A stretch of 64,000 bases of DNA, from the NCBI RefSeq assembly GCF_009914755.1, contig NC_060941.1. One strand, given 5' to 3'. Under the pieces are notes generated by a model. The model was given only the letters and a program-made list of their open reading frames with translations. It did not search any database and was not told where the DNA came from. Each line of letters starts with the position of its first letter. The first letter of the stretch is position 1. Position numbers and translations under genes: made by a program. Below, in pieces: positions 18,605 through 35,860 of this stretch. This DNA comes from the human T2T-CHM13v2.0 reference genome, Homo sapiens.

Positions 18605-19117
18605 TCAGGGACAAAAATCCTACAGACAGGGAGAAAGAACAAGAGAAGGTTTTTTAAACTTATTAATTATAAATTCTAGCCCCATTCCTATCTCAGCTGG
18701 CTTAATTATCTATCTGAATACTCTCAGCTAGCCTTTTGATCAAGGTCACAGCTAAGCAGCAGCTATTGATGCTACAAAATCTATACTTCTCTTTGATATT
18801 TTATGAAGTCTTTACTAAGATTCAAGCAAAATGTCAATCATAAGCCAGGATCATACCAACAATATAACAAATTTATAAATGAGGCAAATTTAGAAATGAA
18901 ACATGACTGTGAATACCGCAAAGTATACAACAAACCATAAAGGATCCCCTTTCTTAACCAAAGGGACAGAAACGTTTCATATCCAAATCTCCAAATTTCA
19001 GTTTCCTAATTTCAGTCTCACAGTTCTGTGACCATGATTGCAAAAAACCAAAATCTATACCATGCAGGATTATTTCCCACCAATTAAAAAACTGGTTGGA
19101 ACTGTATGAACTGTCCA

Positions 19118-19660
19118 TTAATTCAATTCAACAAACATTTCTCGAGGGCCAGGCCCTGTGCTAGCAGCAATGAATGCAAAGACAGGGCATGTCATCTCTG
19201 CTTTCAAGAAACTCAGATTCTAGCAAGACAGGCAAAGCACAAATGAACAATTACAAAAAAGACTTATTCCATCTGCCTAAAGGCATGAGCTGATTGCAAA
19301 AGGTGAACAGGAGTTCACCATACAGATGACAGGGAGAGCAAATGTGAGCTTTTCAGAGAGACGAGTTCAAGTGAAATCACCAAGGGGAGAAAATACACAG
19401 CCTAAACTCAAGGTACATCAGAGGAGTAAGAGAAGCTATGAATGACCTCAAATGCCACAACAAGAAGCAAGGGTTTTATTCCACAGGCAATGGAACACGA
19501 TGAAATTTTTTAAATACGGAAGGAATCTATCAAACATAAGTCCTACCAGTTCTATAAAGAACTGGTTAGAAATAGAAGAAATCACAGCTTGCCACAGGGG
19601 AAGAAATGGCAAACATTGCCATTAGTAAGAGATCACTAAAATAGTCCAAGTAAGAAATAG
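19118..19660 (-). mobile_element. L2 3' fragment
   Basis: attcaattcaacaaacattt...ccaggccctgtgctag is the reverse complement of the L2 3' end. Confidence 0.65.
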
Positions 19661-20944
19661 CAGGAGTTTACACGTTGTTTCTCCCTAGCTATAACACTCA
19701 TGGCAGGGGTGGAAAACTTGGACACAGAAGACCGACATCCTTTGACCTGACATTCACAATACTGCTCCAAAGAGTCACTCTTGCTGACCATCTCTGTCAA
19801 ACTTACAGATTGCTTTCCGTGCCTGCATCCACCTTCTCTCTCTCCTGCTCCTCCCTACCTTCCACCTTAACCGCTGGCCTTACGGTACTTCTTTGTCCCT
19901 TCCGCCTGCCTCCAGCCTACATATATGTTCTCTGCCAGCCTTCTCGGCTTTGATAATGACACATGGGCCCTGCCCTCTCCTCGCTGTGCTGTAACCATCT
20001 GCTGCCAATAAACTGCAGTGCAAGATGAGGGGAGAAAAGTCATTGATGGGCAGCTCATAGAGAGCAGCAGGAGGCAAGATGACAGACATCTGAAGAGGTC
20101 TAAGCCCCTTCAGCTTTTGAGATTCTTGGTCTACCAAAACAGTAGAAATAGCTAGGGAATGAGATAAGGGAGAGTTCAAAAAGGACTTCAACAGTATTTG
20201 TCAGCATTTGTTCAATATTGGGGATTTACACATGTGGTACAATATAACATTCCCTACTTTTCTCAGTTTGGAATTTTTAATTTTAACACTTTTTTTTGAG
20301 ACAGGGTCTCACTCTGTTACCTAGGCTCGAGTAGAGTGGCACAATCACTGCTCACTGCAGCCTCGACTTGCCAGGCTCAAGCAATCCTTCTAACTCAGCA
20401 TCTTGAGTAGCTGGGACTACAGGCATGCACCACCATGTCCCGCTAAATCGTTATTTTATTTTATTTTTGTATTGACAGGGTCTCCCTATGTTGCCCAGCC
20501 TGGTATCAAAACTCCTGGGCTCAAGCTGTCCTCCCGCTTCAGCCAACCAAAGTGCTAGGATTACAGGTGTGAGCCACTGCACCAAGCCTAAACTAACACT
20601 TTTAATATAAAAAAAGAAGAAATTTAATTGTGTTATTAAGATAACTCCCCCCCCCCCAAAAAAAAAGAGTACTGTATTCTTGGTCTTTTACATGGTTTCC
20701 CTTTAAACTTCCTCAGCTTTCCTTCAGGGAGGCTGTAATTCCCAGTTTAGTTTAAGGGTAAGGGGATTTAAATAAGACACAGTTGGTATGCATGCCTGTT
20801 ACACAAACATACATTGATGTGGGTGAAATCAATTGTTCAATAAAAGTCAAAAATAATTTCTGTATCACTACAGCAATGTTGCCCATTAGACAAAGAGTGG
20901 CATTACAAAATTACTAACTCATGATATAGTCCAGATATAAAATA

Positions 20945-21137
20945 TCAACACTATTAACATTTTGGGCTCAATAATTTTTTGCTGTGGGCCATTCTGTGCA
21001 TTGTAGGTTATTGAGCAGTCATTATCCCTAGTCCTCACCAGCAGATGTCAGTAGCACGTCCCCTGACTTGTGACAACCAAATATGTCTCCAGTAAATGTC
21101 TGGAGAAGGCAAAATCAGCTCTAGTTGAGAACTACTA
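20945..21137 (-). mobile_element. MER20 (hAT-Charlie DNA transposon)
   Basis: cactattaacattttgggc...ttgtgacaaccaaatatgtctccag...gttgagaactact matches the reverse complement of the MER20 consensus as recalled. Confidence 0.8.
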
Positions 21138-21329
21138 ATATAGACAAGCATACACTGCTTGCCAGATAACAGCAACACAAGATTCATAAAGTCCATGGAT
21201 ACCAGAGGCCCTAGAATTAGCAAATCTTCCCTACAGAACTCCCAGCCCACATCCAGACCAATAATACAAAAAGAAGTCGTAAGAAAACAAAGCTAATAAT
21301 GCACCAGCTAAAATCTTTCTTAGGAATGA

Positions 21330-21570
21330 GTATAGCACAGTGATCCAGAGCACAGACTGGGAACCAGAATTCACCAGCTGCACCACTCTCCAGCTGCATA
21401 GCCTGGGGCAAGTGGCTTTACATGGATTATTTCAACTTGCTCACCTCTAAACTGGGAAGACAACTAATACCTACCTCCTAGGGTTACTGCAAGGATTAAG
21501 TGAAATAATACCTATAAAGTACTTAAAAGAATGCCTGGGACATAAGTGCTCAATAAGTGTTAGCTATTAT
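21330..21570 (+). mobile_element. MIR SINE
   Basis: MIR core (ggggcaagtggcttta...taatacctacctcctagggtt) and tail gtgctcaataagtgttagctattat. Confidence 0.8.
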
Positions 21571-22762
21571 AATGTCTCTAAAATTCCTTATTTTCACTTT
21601 ATATAAAGTTTTTTGTTGTTGTTGTTGCTGTTTTTTGTGTTTTTTTTTTTTTTTTTAAGAGACAGAGTCTCGCTGCGCAGCCCATGCTGGGAGTGTAGTC
21701 GTGCAATCATAGCTCCTGCTGCCACACACTTGGGAATCATCCTCCTTCCTTGGCCTCCCAAAAAGCTGGGACTACAAGTGCATGCCACCACAACCGGCTA
21801 ATTTTTTTTTTATTTTTTTGTAGAGACAGGGTTTCAATGTGTGGCCTAGCCTAGTCTTAAACTCTTGGCCTCAAAAGATCATCCCAACTTGGCCTCCCAA
21901 ATGCTGGGATTACAGGCGTGAGCCACTGTACCCAGCCTACATAAAGCTGAAATCACTTTACTGATCTCAACATACAATACGGTATAGACAATGAAGTATT
22001 ATTCTATGTAATTACTTTACCTACTTGACAGAGGATTTTCACCTATTTTCTCCATCTCAATACACTGGTAATGATTATCCAAAGAATAGCCATTGGAGAA
22101 AAAAGTATATCTGCAAGTCACTGACAAGGACTAGCTAAACCGTAAATCTGGCTATGAGGGATGATCACAAAGATTAATATCAACAATGATTCCCAAACAT
22201 ATTAGCCAGGGAGAGCTCGGTAACATTAATATGTAAGTAGAGATTAAGCGCAGAACTATGAATTTCAGGAGCTTTGAGAGGAAATGACTCAATTTACGAC
22301 CCTTCCTCAGAAGTGGATATCTACCCCAATTACCTTTGTTAATCAGGGCCTGATGACTAGTTTCCAAGATCTACCTGAATCACAGTAGGGTCACTTAGCT
22401 GTAGTGTGGAACTCAATACAACGCATGCTCCGTTCAGCTGTTTTGTCGAGCTTTTCAGAAAACAGCATGACCTTACTGCACCCACTCCTTCTGAAGAAGC
22501 TAAAGTGGTTTATCAAGCATAAAAGCAAAACTGTCTGTCAAAGTCAAAATGAGAAAACATCTCAGGCCATGCTAAAATGGACTATGGATAATACGCAGTG
22601 AGAGATCTAGAAGTACTTCTAAATGAGGCCAGCTCCCAGATACACTTCAAGAGTGTAGCTGACACCCCTGCCTAGGACACATCGATACATCTGTATCTAT
22701 TGTATGTGATCCTGCTACCTGAACGTAACAGCCAGATCCAAGGGCAGATACTGACTAAGTGA

Positions 22763-23154
<392 letters not shown>

Positions 23155-23361
23155 TTAAGCACATTAAGCACACCAATGTAGGAAGAAGCATCACATTCGC
23201 CCATTGCTGAGGTCCGCCCCATCTGTCTTGACTCTTTCTCTTCCTGTTAAAAATTATCCAAACTTGGCCGGGCGTGGTGGCTCACGCCTGTAATCCCAGC
23301 ACTTTGGGAGGCTGAGGCGGACAGATCACCTGAGCTCAGGAGTTTGAGACCATCCTGGCTA

Positions 23362-23604
<243 letters not shown>

Positions 23605-23749
23605 TTAAACTCCTATCCCTGTGAGAAACACTGACTTGGAGGATGTGACTTCACAAGCAAGAAAGCTGAAATCAGAAACCAGGACTCTAATCCAAATCCA
23701 CTAACTCCTCTGATCTGTTGCTGACCTATAAAAAGAGACTAATACCATG

Positions 23750-24305
23750 CAATGAACGTTAGTTGTTCTGCCACCAAATACCCATTCCCTTCCCTGGTAA
23801 TAAAAGCCCACGATTTCCCTTCGAGAATTCACCTCTCCCCATCTCTCAGACCATGTGGTTCCTGAAGAGCTAACTCCACCAGGGATGTGGGGTGGCATGT
23901 GACACTAACTGGCCAATCCGAGCCTCACAGCCCTGAACACAGGGATTGGCTCAGGGTAGGCCATATGACCCTGTAAGAGCCAATGAGACACCATGAGACT
24001 CGCTGAGGCTTCTGGGAAAGAAACTGAAGCTCCTTGCAGCTGAATCTAAATTCTGAGAAACTACAGGGGGTTGAATATACCGCAGCCATTTTTCTTACAG
24101 TGTCAGCAACTGAAGTCTATACAGGAAAAGGCAGAGCTGATTCACAGGGAGAAACTAAGTCCTGATGACATCACCTGACCCCTGAATCCAGCTCTGGCTA
24201 GCTGTGCCTGGACTTCGAAGTTAGGTAAGCCAAGAAACTTTTTTCCAGCTTAAGTCAGTTTAGGTTGATATTTCAGGCAGTTGGAACCAAGACAGTCTTA
24301 ATTTA
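23750..24305 (+). mobile_element. Ancient MaLR (MLT1-like) solo LTR
   Basis: gattggctcagggtaggccatatgacc and 3' end cttaagtcagtttaggttg...ttggaaccaagacagtcttaat, typical of late MLT1 LTRs. Confidence 0.6.
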
Positions 24306-24492
24306 GATAATCTGATCAGTACCAAATGAGCTGATAATTGTCTTGTAAAATAGTGTATACACGATTATTAATAACGATGATCATGTTATTTATTACTAAT
24401 AACAGTAAGTGTAAAGAGAAAAAATAAGTGAGCATGGGAGACAAATGGCTTAGTGTGATATATGATTCTTCTGTGTCTTAAAAATATAAGCC

Positions 24493-24890
24493 TAGGTTTC
24501 CATGCCCATAGTGCTCATGCAAACATGGTGAACGTTGCTAAAACCCGCCGGACTTTCTGTAAGAAGTGTGGCAAGCACCAACCCCACAAAACGACACAGT
24601 ACAAGGGCAAGGATTCTCTGTATGCCCAGGGAAAGCAGCGTTATGACATGAAACAGAGTGGCTATGGTGGGCAAACTAAGCCGATCTTCCGGAAGAAGGC
24701 TAAAACTACAAAGACGACTGTGCTAAGACTTGAGTGCGTTGAGCCCAAACAGATCTAAGAGAATGCTGGCTATTAAAAAGATGCAAGCATTTTGAACTGG
24801 AAGGAGATAAGAGAAAGGGTCAAGTGATCCAGTTCTATGTGTCATCTTTTATTATGAAGACAATAAAATCTTGAGTTTATGTTTAAAAAA
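24493..24890 (+). pseudogene. RPL36A (eL42) processed pseudogene, antisense within HELZ intron 3
   Basis: Intronless [22 protein letters not shown]...[15 protein letters not shown] from ATG 24525. CpG-decayed RPL36A-type 5'UTR, a lost Lys codon, a frameshift near 24749 with premature TAA, 3'UTR AATAAA 24862-24867, short A tail, TSD atataagcc (24484-24492 / 24901-24909). Confidence 0.95.
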
Positions 24891-24949
24891 TTACATATAT
24901 ATATAAGCCCAAAGCATTTGTTTTAACAACTTATAAAGTTACTTCAGTA

Positions 24950-25180
24950 ATAACAAGAAGCTTTTACTGAAGGTTCATCGTGTGCCAGATGTTTAAAAGA
25001 TTATATGTACGTAATCTAATTTAATCCTCACAATGACCCTATAAAGTAGATATTAGAATTGTTATTATCATTCCCATTCACAGATGAGGAAACTGAAGCA
25101 CAGAGTTAACTTATCCAGTTACACTGTAAACGACAGAGGCAGGATTCAAATCCAGGCAGCCCGACAACTCCTACTTTTAC
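24950..25180 (-). mobile_element. MIR SINE
   Basis: tttaatcctcacaatgaccct...cccattcacagatgaggaaactgaagcacagag...ggcaggattcaaatccaggcag. Confidence 0.8.
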
Positions 25181-25619
25181 CACGACACTGATTCTGAGCC
25201 CACAAGCAACTAAGGTTCTAATGCTATTCCAACAGAGTAAAAACTCAAAGTCCAGCACTCCCAAAAGCACCAAATGTGACAGTGAAATATCACCTTTTAA
25301 TTCTGAAACAGGGTTAACATAGTTCTGCATTATAAAAAGTATGTCTGTGTTAGTAACCGCAATGTTAGTGATTACCATTTTAAAAAATGTAAAACACACA
25401 CACACCCCTAAGCCAATTATCTCCTTGGTTAAGCAAAAATCCTAAGTGTCCCAAGACAAAGGAGTGTATTAATTAGCACCATCTTTCCATAAAATGGTAA
25501 CATTTGCATCCTTCCACAAAAGTCAACTTTCAGACAGTATCCCATCCCTAACTTACTTTTTGCCACTTTTATAAAACAGAAACTTGTTCTAAAATTGATT
25601 CATCTTAGCACAATCTGAC

Positions 25620-27221
<1,602 letters not shown>

Positions 27222-28502
27222 TGATCTGCCCACCTCGGCCTCCCAAAGTGCTGGGATTACAGGTGTGAGCCACCACACCCAACCGACATGATTTTTTAAA
27301 ACTACAAAGAAGAAAATGCAGCAGGATAAGTGTGCTGTGAATAAACAGAAAACCCATGCACTTCCCTTCCTGCATATGTAGGTTTTAGAGACAAGAATGG
27401 AGCCTCAAAAAGAACCTCTCCAAATGGAACAATGATTGAGCTCTCTTGGCAAAAAATGTAGAATACTTTTGAAGAATTGCATCATAGCTAGATGGTTGGT
27501 CCAGGACCAAAAGTAAATGCTGGAAGAAAAACAAAATCAATCTTTCCACTCTGAACCTCTGTCTGTGACAGTATGAGAAGAACCACCAGACCACCTTGAA
27601 ATCAAGTCATGAAATATGCTTTTATTTTAAAAATCAGCTATATTCCTCAAATTAACTTCTCTTGTTAATGTAGTTATGGTCTTCTTTGATCTCAAAAGAC
27701 CAAATCCTTTGTTAACAGAGAGACTTTAAGCAAAAGTAAACTGATCAAATAGCAAGAGGCCACAGTAGTAACTAAAATTTCTTCTATCTAAATTCAAGAT
27801 GATTTCTGCATCTCTGTCTTATACATTTGCCTATTAGAAAAAAAATATGTATCTACCACATAATTAACTTAGGTGCAATGAATCAGACTGCATTTCTAAA
27901 GGTTTTAGAAGACTGATGAGTTATGTTAACCATAATCACTATCTCCTTTGATAGAAATTACTAACATCCGTAATTGGTTCTTAATCAGACCCCAAGATAT
28001 CTTTACTTACTAGGCTATATAAACAATAAAACTTAAAGGACAAATATAATAAAATGCATGTTTCATTATATAACAAAACAAAAATTTGTATCAGAAGAAT
28101 TGCTAGAAAAAATTGGATATCCACATTTTTTAAGTTAGTTATTTGCCATTAATTCTTCTAATTGCTTTCCTTGTGGAAATTCGGTTACTAACCTGAAACT
28201 AGAAAGTAAATACACTTTGGGAGGCCCAGGCCAGCAGATTGCTGAGCTTAGGAGTTCGAGACCAGCCAGGGCAACATGGCGAAACCCCGCCTCTACCAAA
28301 AATACAAAAAATTAGCTGGGAGTGGTGGCACAAGCCTGTAGTCCCAGCTACTTGGAAGCTGAGACATGAGAATTGCTTGAACCCGGGAGGCAGAGGTTGC
28401 AGTGAGCAGAGATCACCCCACTGAACTCCAGCCAGGATGACAGAGGAGACTTTGTCTCAAAAAAAAAAAAAATTTATTGTGATGAAAGAAAAGCCAAATT
28501 GA

Positions 28503-28694
<192 letters not shown>

Positions 28695-28750
28695 TAGTGG
28701 AGTCAGGGTGTCTCTGTGTTGGTGAGGCTGGTCTCAAACTCCCAACCTCA

Positions 28751-28855
<105 letters not shown>

Positions 28856-30132
28856 CTATCAGAATGTGCCCCTTTCCCCACTGAGCAGCAAGGCCCTGGT
28901 AAGCCAGTGTGGCTAAAGTGTATCATGCTTCCTGAGGGAGAAAAAGTATACTTTAGAGATGGCACAATAACTCTGAAATGCCTATAAAATAATGTCAAAG
29001 CTCATTAACAGATATCCGGGCCACCACCAATCTGGCTACAACCTCACTTGCCCATCACCCCAACACAGGCCCCAAGTACACAGTCAGGCCTCTGAGACTC
29101 TGATAACATTGTTCCCTCTGCCCAGAACATCCTTTCCTCGCCTCTCTCTGGACCTAAATCCTACCCAGATTTTAACGAATGCTTCAACATCTACTTCTCT
29201 AAGATGCTCTCCTCCCAAAACTAAAATAGCATTACTTCCTATAGAATTAATTGGCCTCTGAATCATCTATTATCTTGAGTTAAATGCATCGTGTAAAATG
29301 CCTTATCTGCCCAACACAACTATCTTATAAATTAGAATCCATTTTATACCATCTTTATCCCCATGACAACCATTCAATTCACTAAAACCATTCCATAAAT
29401 AATTAAATTTCCCAAAGATGACCTAAATGCCAAGCATACCAAGAACTGTCCTGTACCAAATTCAGTTCTCATTAGCATGTCAAGTCACAAAGAGGCATGT
29501 TTTATTACCTTTTAGTTCATCTGCATTTTTCCAAAACTGGAATCTATATAGTCCTATAGTATACACAGGCAAAATAGTCTGCAAAGTAGTTTTACTCATT
29601 GTACTGTACTTAATATTCAGCCAGACTTGCATTTTTCTCTAAAACATAAAATCACTGAGTATGCAAGAAGCATTAGAAGAGAGACTAAGCCTACAGAGAA
29701 GAAAACTAGAAACTAAGATCATCAACCGTGGTCTCTTTTGAATAATCATTTTCATAAAGAGGTAAATTCTCTTAAATTTTAGAATAAGTGGAATTTAGTA
29801 GAGTATAGAATGTTTTAAATACATAAAAGAAATATCCTGATGGGCCTTCTGCCATCTGTTTTAATGACTGAGATAAACTGAATTTTCTAAAAATTATATC
29901 AACAGCTAAAATTGAGATTTTTTTTCCATCTATTACTTTGATTTTTCCTGATCCATTTTTCAGGGTTTCCAGCAATTCTGGAGCTAGCCTTCTTAGTTTC
30001 AAGAATTCCAAATTGTTTCTTGAAGAGTTTGAGCCTCTTCCCAAATCACTTAACATGCTTATTAATTTAAAAGATATGAAGAAACAAAAAACCCATACTT
30101 AAGAAGCAAGCAAGGCTGGGCACAGTGGCTCA

Positions 30133-30426
<294 letters not shown>

Positions 30427-31110
30427 CTAAAAGGCTGACTTCTAGAAAAGGTTACTGCTTGCCAAGAAAATTATATTACTATAAAACATTGTCTATTCTT
30501 TTTGTTTCTTGATTTTTGCTTCCAGATTATCTGTGTAGACACAGAATCACATTACTACTACCACCAGTACTATCACAGCCCCTTAAAAGCCATCTTCAAT
30601 TTACCAACAGATTATGTTCTAATGCTGTATTTTCAAATCAGACTTTAAAACTGAGAACAGAGTTTTCTATACAGTGTTAACAATAAGGTTACTGGGAAGA
30701 TTTAAAGTGACAAAAGCAAGTTACAAAATAATATATATGGTATAATCCCATTTTGTAAGTAAAAAACAGATTATAAATAATGGTCATCTCATTTTTGTGA
30801 AATATGTAAGTATTGAATATTTTGCATAAGAAAATCAGGAAGGATAAGACACAGTCTAATCATGAAGAAAATACCAGAGAAACCCAAATTGAGGACCATT
30901 CTATTAAATATCCAAATAGTACTCCTGAAAACTGTCATGAAAAACAAAGTCTGAGAGGCTATCACAGCCCAAAAAAGACTAAGAAGACAAAACTGCTACA
31001 TTCATTGCAGGATTCTGGATAGATTCTGGAACAGAAAAAGGGTATTAGTGGGAAAACTGGTGAAATCCAAATAAAGTCTAAAAATTAGTTAATAGAAATG
31101 TACCAACAAT

Positions 31111-31430
<320 letters not shown>

Positions 31431-31967
31431 TTACATTTGACAAACGTGCCGTGGAAACCTAAGACATTAACAATGGGGAAAACTGGGTAAAGAGTTTATG
31501 AGAACTCTGACCTATACTTCTTAATTTTCTGTAAATCTAAAATTATTACAAAATGAAAAGTTTATTACAGGCCAGGTGCGGTGGCTCACACCTGTAATCC
31601 TAGCACTTTGGGAGGCGGAGATGGGTGGATCACCTGAGATCAGGAGTTCAAGACCAGCCTGGCCGATATGGTGAAACCCTGTCTCTACTAAAAATACAAA
31701 ACTTAACCAGGCGTGGTGGCAGGCGCCTGTAATCCCAGCTACTCAGGAGGCTGAGGCAGGAGAATTGCTTGAACTCGGGAGGGGGAAGTTGCAGTGAGCC
31801 AAGATCACACCATTGTACTCTAGCCTGGGACAAAGAGCAAGACTCCATCTCAAAAAAAAAAAAAAAAAAAAAAAGTTTACTACAAAAATAAAACTGGGTA
31901 TCTCCAGGTGATGCTATTACAGCTTTTTTATTCATCTGTATTTTATAATTTTTTTTTTTCGAGATAG

Positions 31968-32066
<99 letters not shown>

Positions 32067-32634
32067 TGAGTAGCTGAGATTACAGGCACACACCACCATA
32101 ACCGGCTATGCCCGGCTAATTTTTGTATTTTTAGTAGAGACGGGGTTTCACCATGTCGGCCAGGCCGGTCTCCAACTCTTGACCTCATGATCCGCCCGCC
32201 TCAGCCTCCCAAAATGTTGGGATTACAGGCGTGAGCCCCTGTGTCTGGCATTGTATTTTAAAATTTTTAACAAGCAATAAGTTTTCATTGTCATGGAAAA
32301 CAAGACTTAGTCCCAGAAGACTTAAGTTAATTCGCCCAAAGACACAAAATTGCGGCAGCATAGGAATTCTGGAATTAATTCTCTTTACTCTAGACCCCAT
32401 GCAGAGACCTAAGAACATACCCTATTAAACTTTTTGACTCTTCTTACTTGCTAATACACAAAATTTAAGGTCACCAGATTACTTTTGCTTCACTATAATT
32501 GATGCAGAGGGAGGAAACAGATGAAACAATACTGAGAGCTGTTGAAGTTGGACAATGGGTACATGGGCATTGATTACACTCTTCTTTCTACTTTTGTATG
32601 TCTGAAAATGTCCATAATAAAAAACTTTTAATTA

Positions 32635-33228
<594 letters not shown>

Positions 33229-33618
33229 CTATTGAGCACTGCTGCCTGGGTGAGGAGACACCACCGCTAAGAACCTTCAGCATTTCTCAGTGTGAAGCAG
33301 AGAGAAAAGTCATGGACTGGGAATCTTGAAGCTTCCATGTTGGTTCTACTTTAACTAATTGTGAGACCTCACTGAGTCCTCTTAACTTTTCAGGGCCCTA
33401 AACTTCCTTAGCTGTTGCCCCAATAATCTCTGAAGTTCCTTCTAGGATTAAAATTCTGATTTCAACTTTCTACAAGCTCCTTAAACTCAACACAATCAAA
33501 ACCAAATTCATCTTCATTCTAAACTCCTAAGAGCCATTCTCCCTCCTGACTTCCCTATTCTTTTTTTTCTTTAATGTCCCATTCTTCCAGCCACCCAACC
33601 ATAAAAACCACAGCCTCA

Positions 33619-33919
<301 letters not shown>

Positions 33920-35548
33920 TCAAGACCAGCTGGGCAACGTGGGAGACCCCCATCTCTACAAAAAATACAAAAATTAGGTGGGCGTGGTAGCTTGTGCCTC
34001 TAATCCCAGCTACTAGGGAGGCTGAAGCAGGAAAATTGCTTGAACCTAGGAGGCAGAGGTTACAAAGAGCCGAGATGGAGCCACTGTACTCCAAAAAAAA
34101 AAAAAAAAGAAAGAAAAAAGAAAAAAAAAAACACAGAGATACAGAATTAATTGTTCCCACCCTACCCCATCTAATTAGTCACCACATCTCTCCATTCAAC
34201 CTCCAAGATAACTCTTGAATCCTTTCCATGGCCACCAACTCAATTCAGGTTCTCATCGCCCTCACTTAGACTACTATGAACCCAACTAAAGGCCCTGTCT
34301 CTCAGTTCTCTTCCCTACAATCCATCATACTCATCCTTACTCTAACATTCAAGAAATTCCAAGGCCAAGCGTGGTGGCTCAGGCCTGTAATCCCAGCACT
34401 TTGGGAGGCCAAGTGCTTCAGGCCAGGAGTTCAAGACAGCCTGGGGAACATAGCAAGACCCCTAACTTTATAAAAAATAAAAATAACAAAAAGTTAAATA
34501 TTAAAAAAAAAACTCCCCAAAACCCAGTCCTGACCTATTGGCAGTCTTACCTTCCATTATATTCCTTTATGTATCCTAGGACCCAGGAAACTTGGATATG
34601 CAATTTCCTGACACCCACATTTCTGACATAACCCCCAGACTTCCCTCCAGAATGCCCTCTTCCCTTTGCTTCTCGGCTTCCTGGTGGTGTGATTTAAATG
34701 CCACCTCTTCAGTGGAAGTGTTCCCTGATATCCCCAAGAAGGCAGTATCGCTCCCTCCACTTAATCCCGAAGTACCTTGTATGGCCCCCTTCAATGGCAC
34801 CTATGAAATTCCTATTAGTCCTTTCATTTTGGGGTGCCCCATTCTCTCTACAGATAATTAGTTCCTTGTCAACGGAACAATGTTTCCTTCATGTTTGGAT
34901 CCCTCAGAACAGAGCTTCTCAAAGGGTGTGCCATGGCACACTGGTATGCCCTGAATGAGTTAAAGATGGCCTAGACAGTGGTGGTCTTCTCAGCAATCCA
35001 AGCAGCCACAAAGAGACAACAGAAGGCCGGGCGCGGTGGCTCACACCTGTAATCCCAGCACTTTGGGAGGCCAAGGCGGGTGGATCACGAGGTCAGAAGT
35101 TCAAGACCAGCCTGAACAACATGGTGAAACCCCGTCTCTACTAAAAATACAAAAATTAGCAGGGCATGGTAGTGCGCACCTGTAATCCCAGATACTCAGG
35201 AGGCTGAGGCAGGAAAATCACTTGAACCAGGGAGGCGGAGGCTGCAGTGAGTCGAGATCGTGTCACTGTACTCCAGCCTGGGCAACAGAGCGAGACTCCC
35301 TCACAAAAAAAAAAAAAAGAGAGAGACAACAGAAGCCAGAACCCACAAATGGTCAAGCCTCAAGCAGTGTCCTGCTTCAACCCAGCACATGCCATCACAA
35401 GAACTTGAGAACCACTCAGAGGAGCAGTGATACAAAGGGGCTCACAGCAGATGCCCAATAAATACTTGCTGAACTGAATCCTGGAATAATCCATCTGTTC
35501 CCCTTCAAACACTCTTCCCAAGATCATTTACCATTTTGACCACACACT

Positions 35549-35860
35549 CTTTTTTTTTTTTTTTTTTTTTTTTGAGACGGAGTCTCCCTCTTTTGCCCAG
35601 GCTGTACGCAGTGGTGCTATCTCTATCTCGGCTCACTGCAAGCTCCACCTCCCGGGTTCACACCATTCTCCTGCCTCAGACTCCCGAGTAGCTGGGACTA
35701 CAGGCACCTGCCACCACGCCCGGCTAATTTTTTGTATTTTTAGAAGAGACGGGGTTTCATCGTGTTAGCCAGGATGGTCTCGATCTCCTGACCTCCTGAT
35801 CCGCCCGCCTTGGCCTCCCAAAGTGCTGGGATTACAGGCGTGAGCCACTGCACCCAGCCT
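35549..35860 (-). mobile_element. AluY-type element
   Basis: Antisense AluY-like body; TSD gaccacacactctt. Confidence 0.85.

Noticed and set aside
18605-18613. Cys-Pro-UGA before the HELZ AUG as a selenocysteine CxU motif
   Set aside because: No SECIS can be assessed in this window and HELZ is not a known selenoprotein; an ordinary uORF stop is far more likely.
24462-24758. 98-aa ORF as a functional ribosomal protein gene
   Set aside because: Frameshift, premature stop, codon deletions, poly(A) remnant and TSD mark it as a processed pseudogene; the N-terminal extension is flanking DNA plus old 5'UTR.
29772-30056. 94-aa sense-strand ORF in non-Alu intron 3 sequence
   Set aside because: No recognisable homology or convincing splice sites; compatible with chance or a decayed repeat.
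34926-34941. 16-bp palindrome GTGTGCCATGGCACAC
   Set aside because: The context (cagagcttctcaaa...gcacactggtatgcc) resembles the end of a hAT/MER element, which would explain it.
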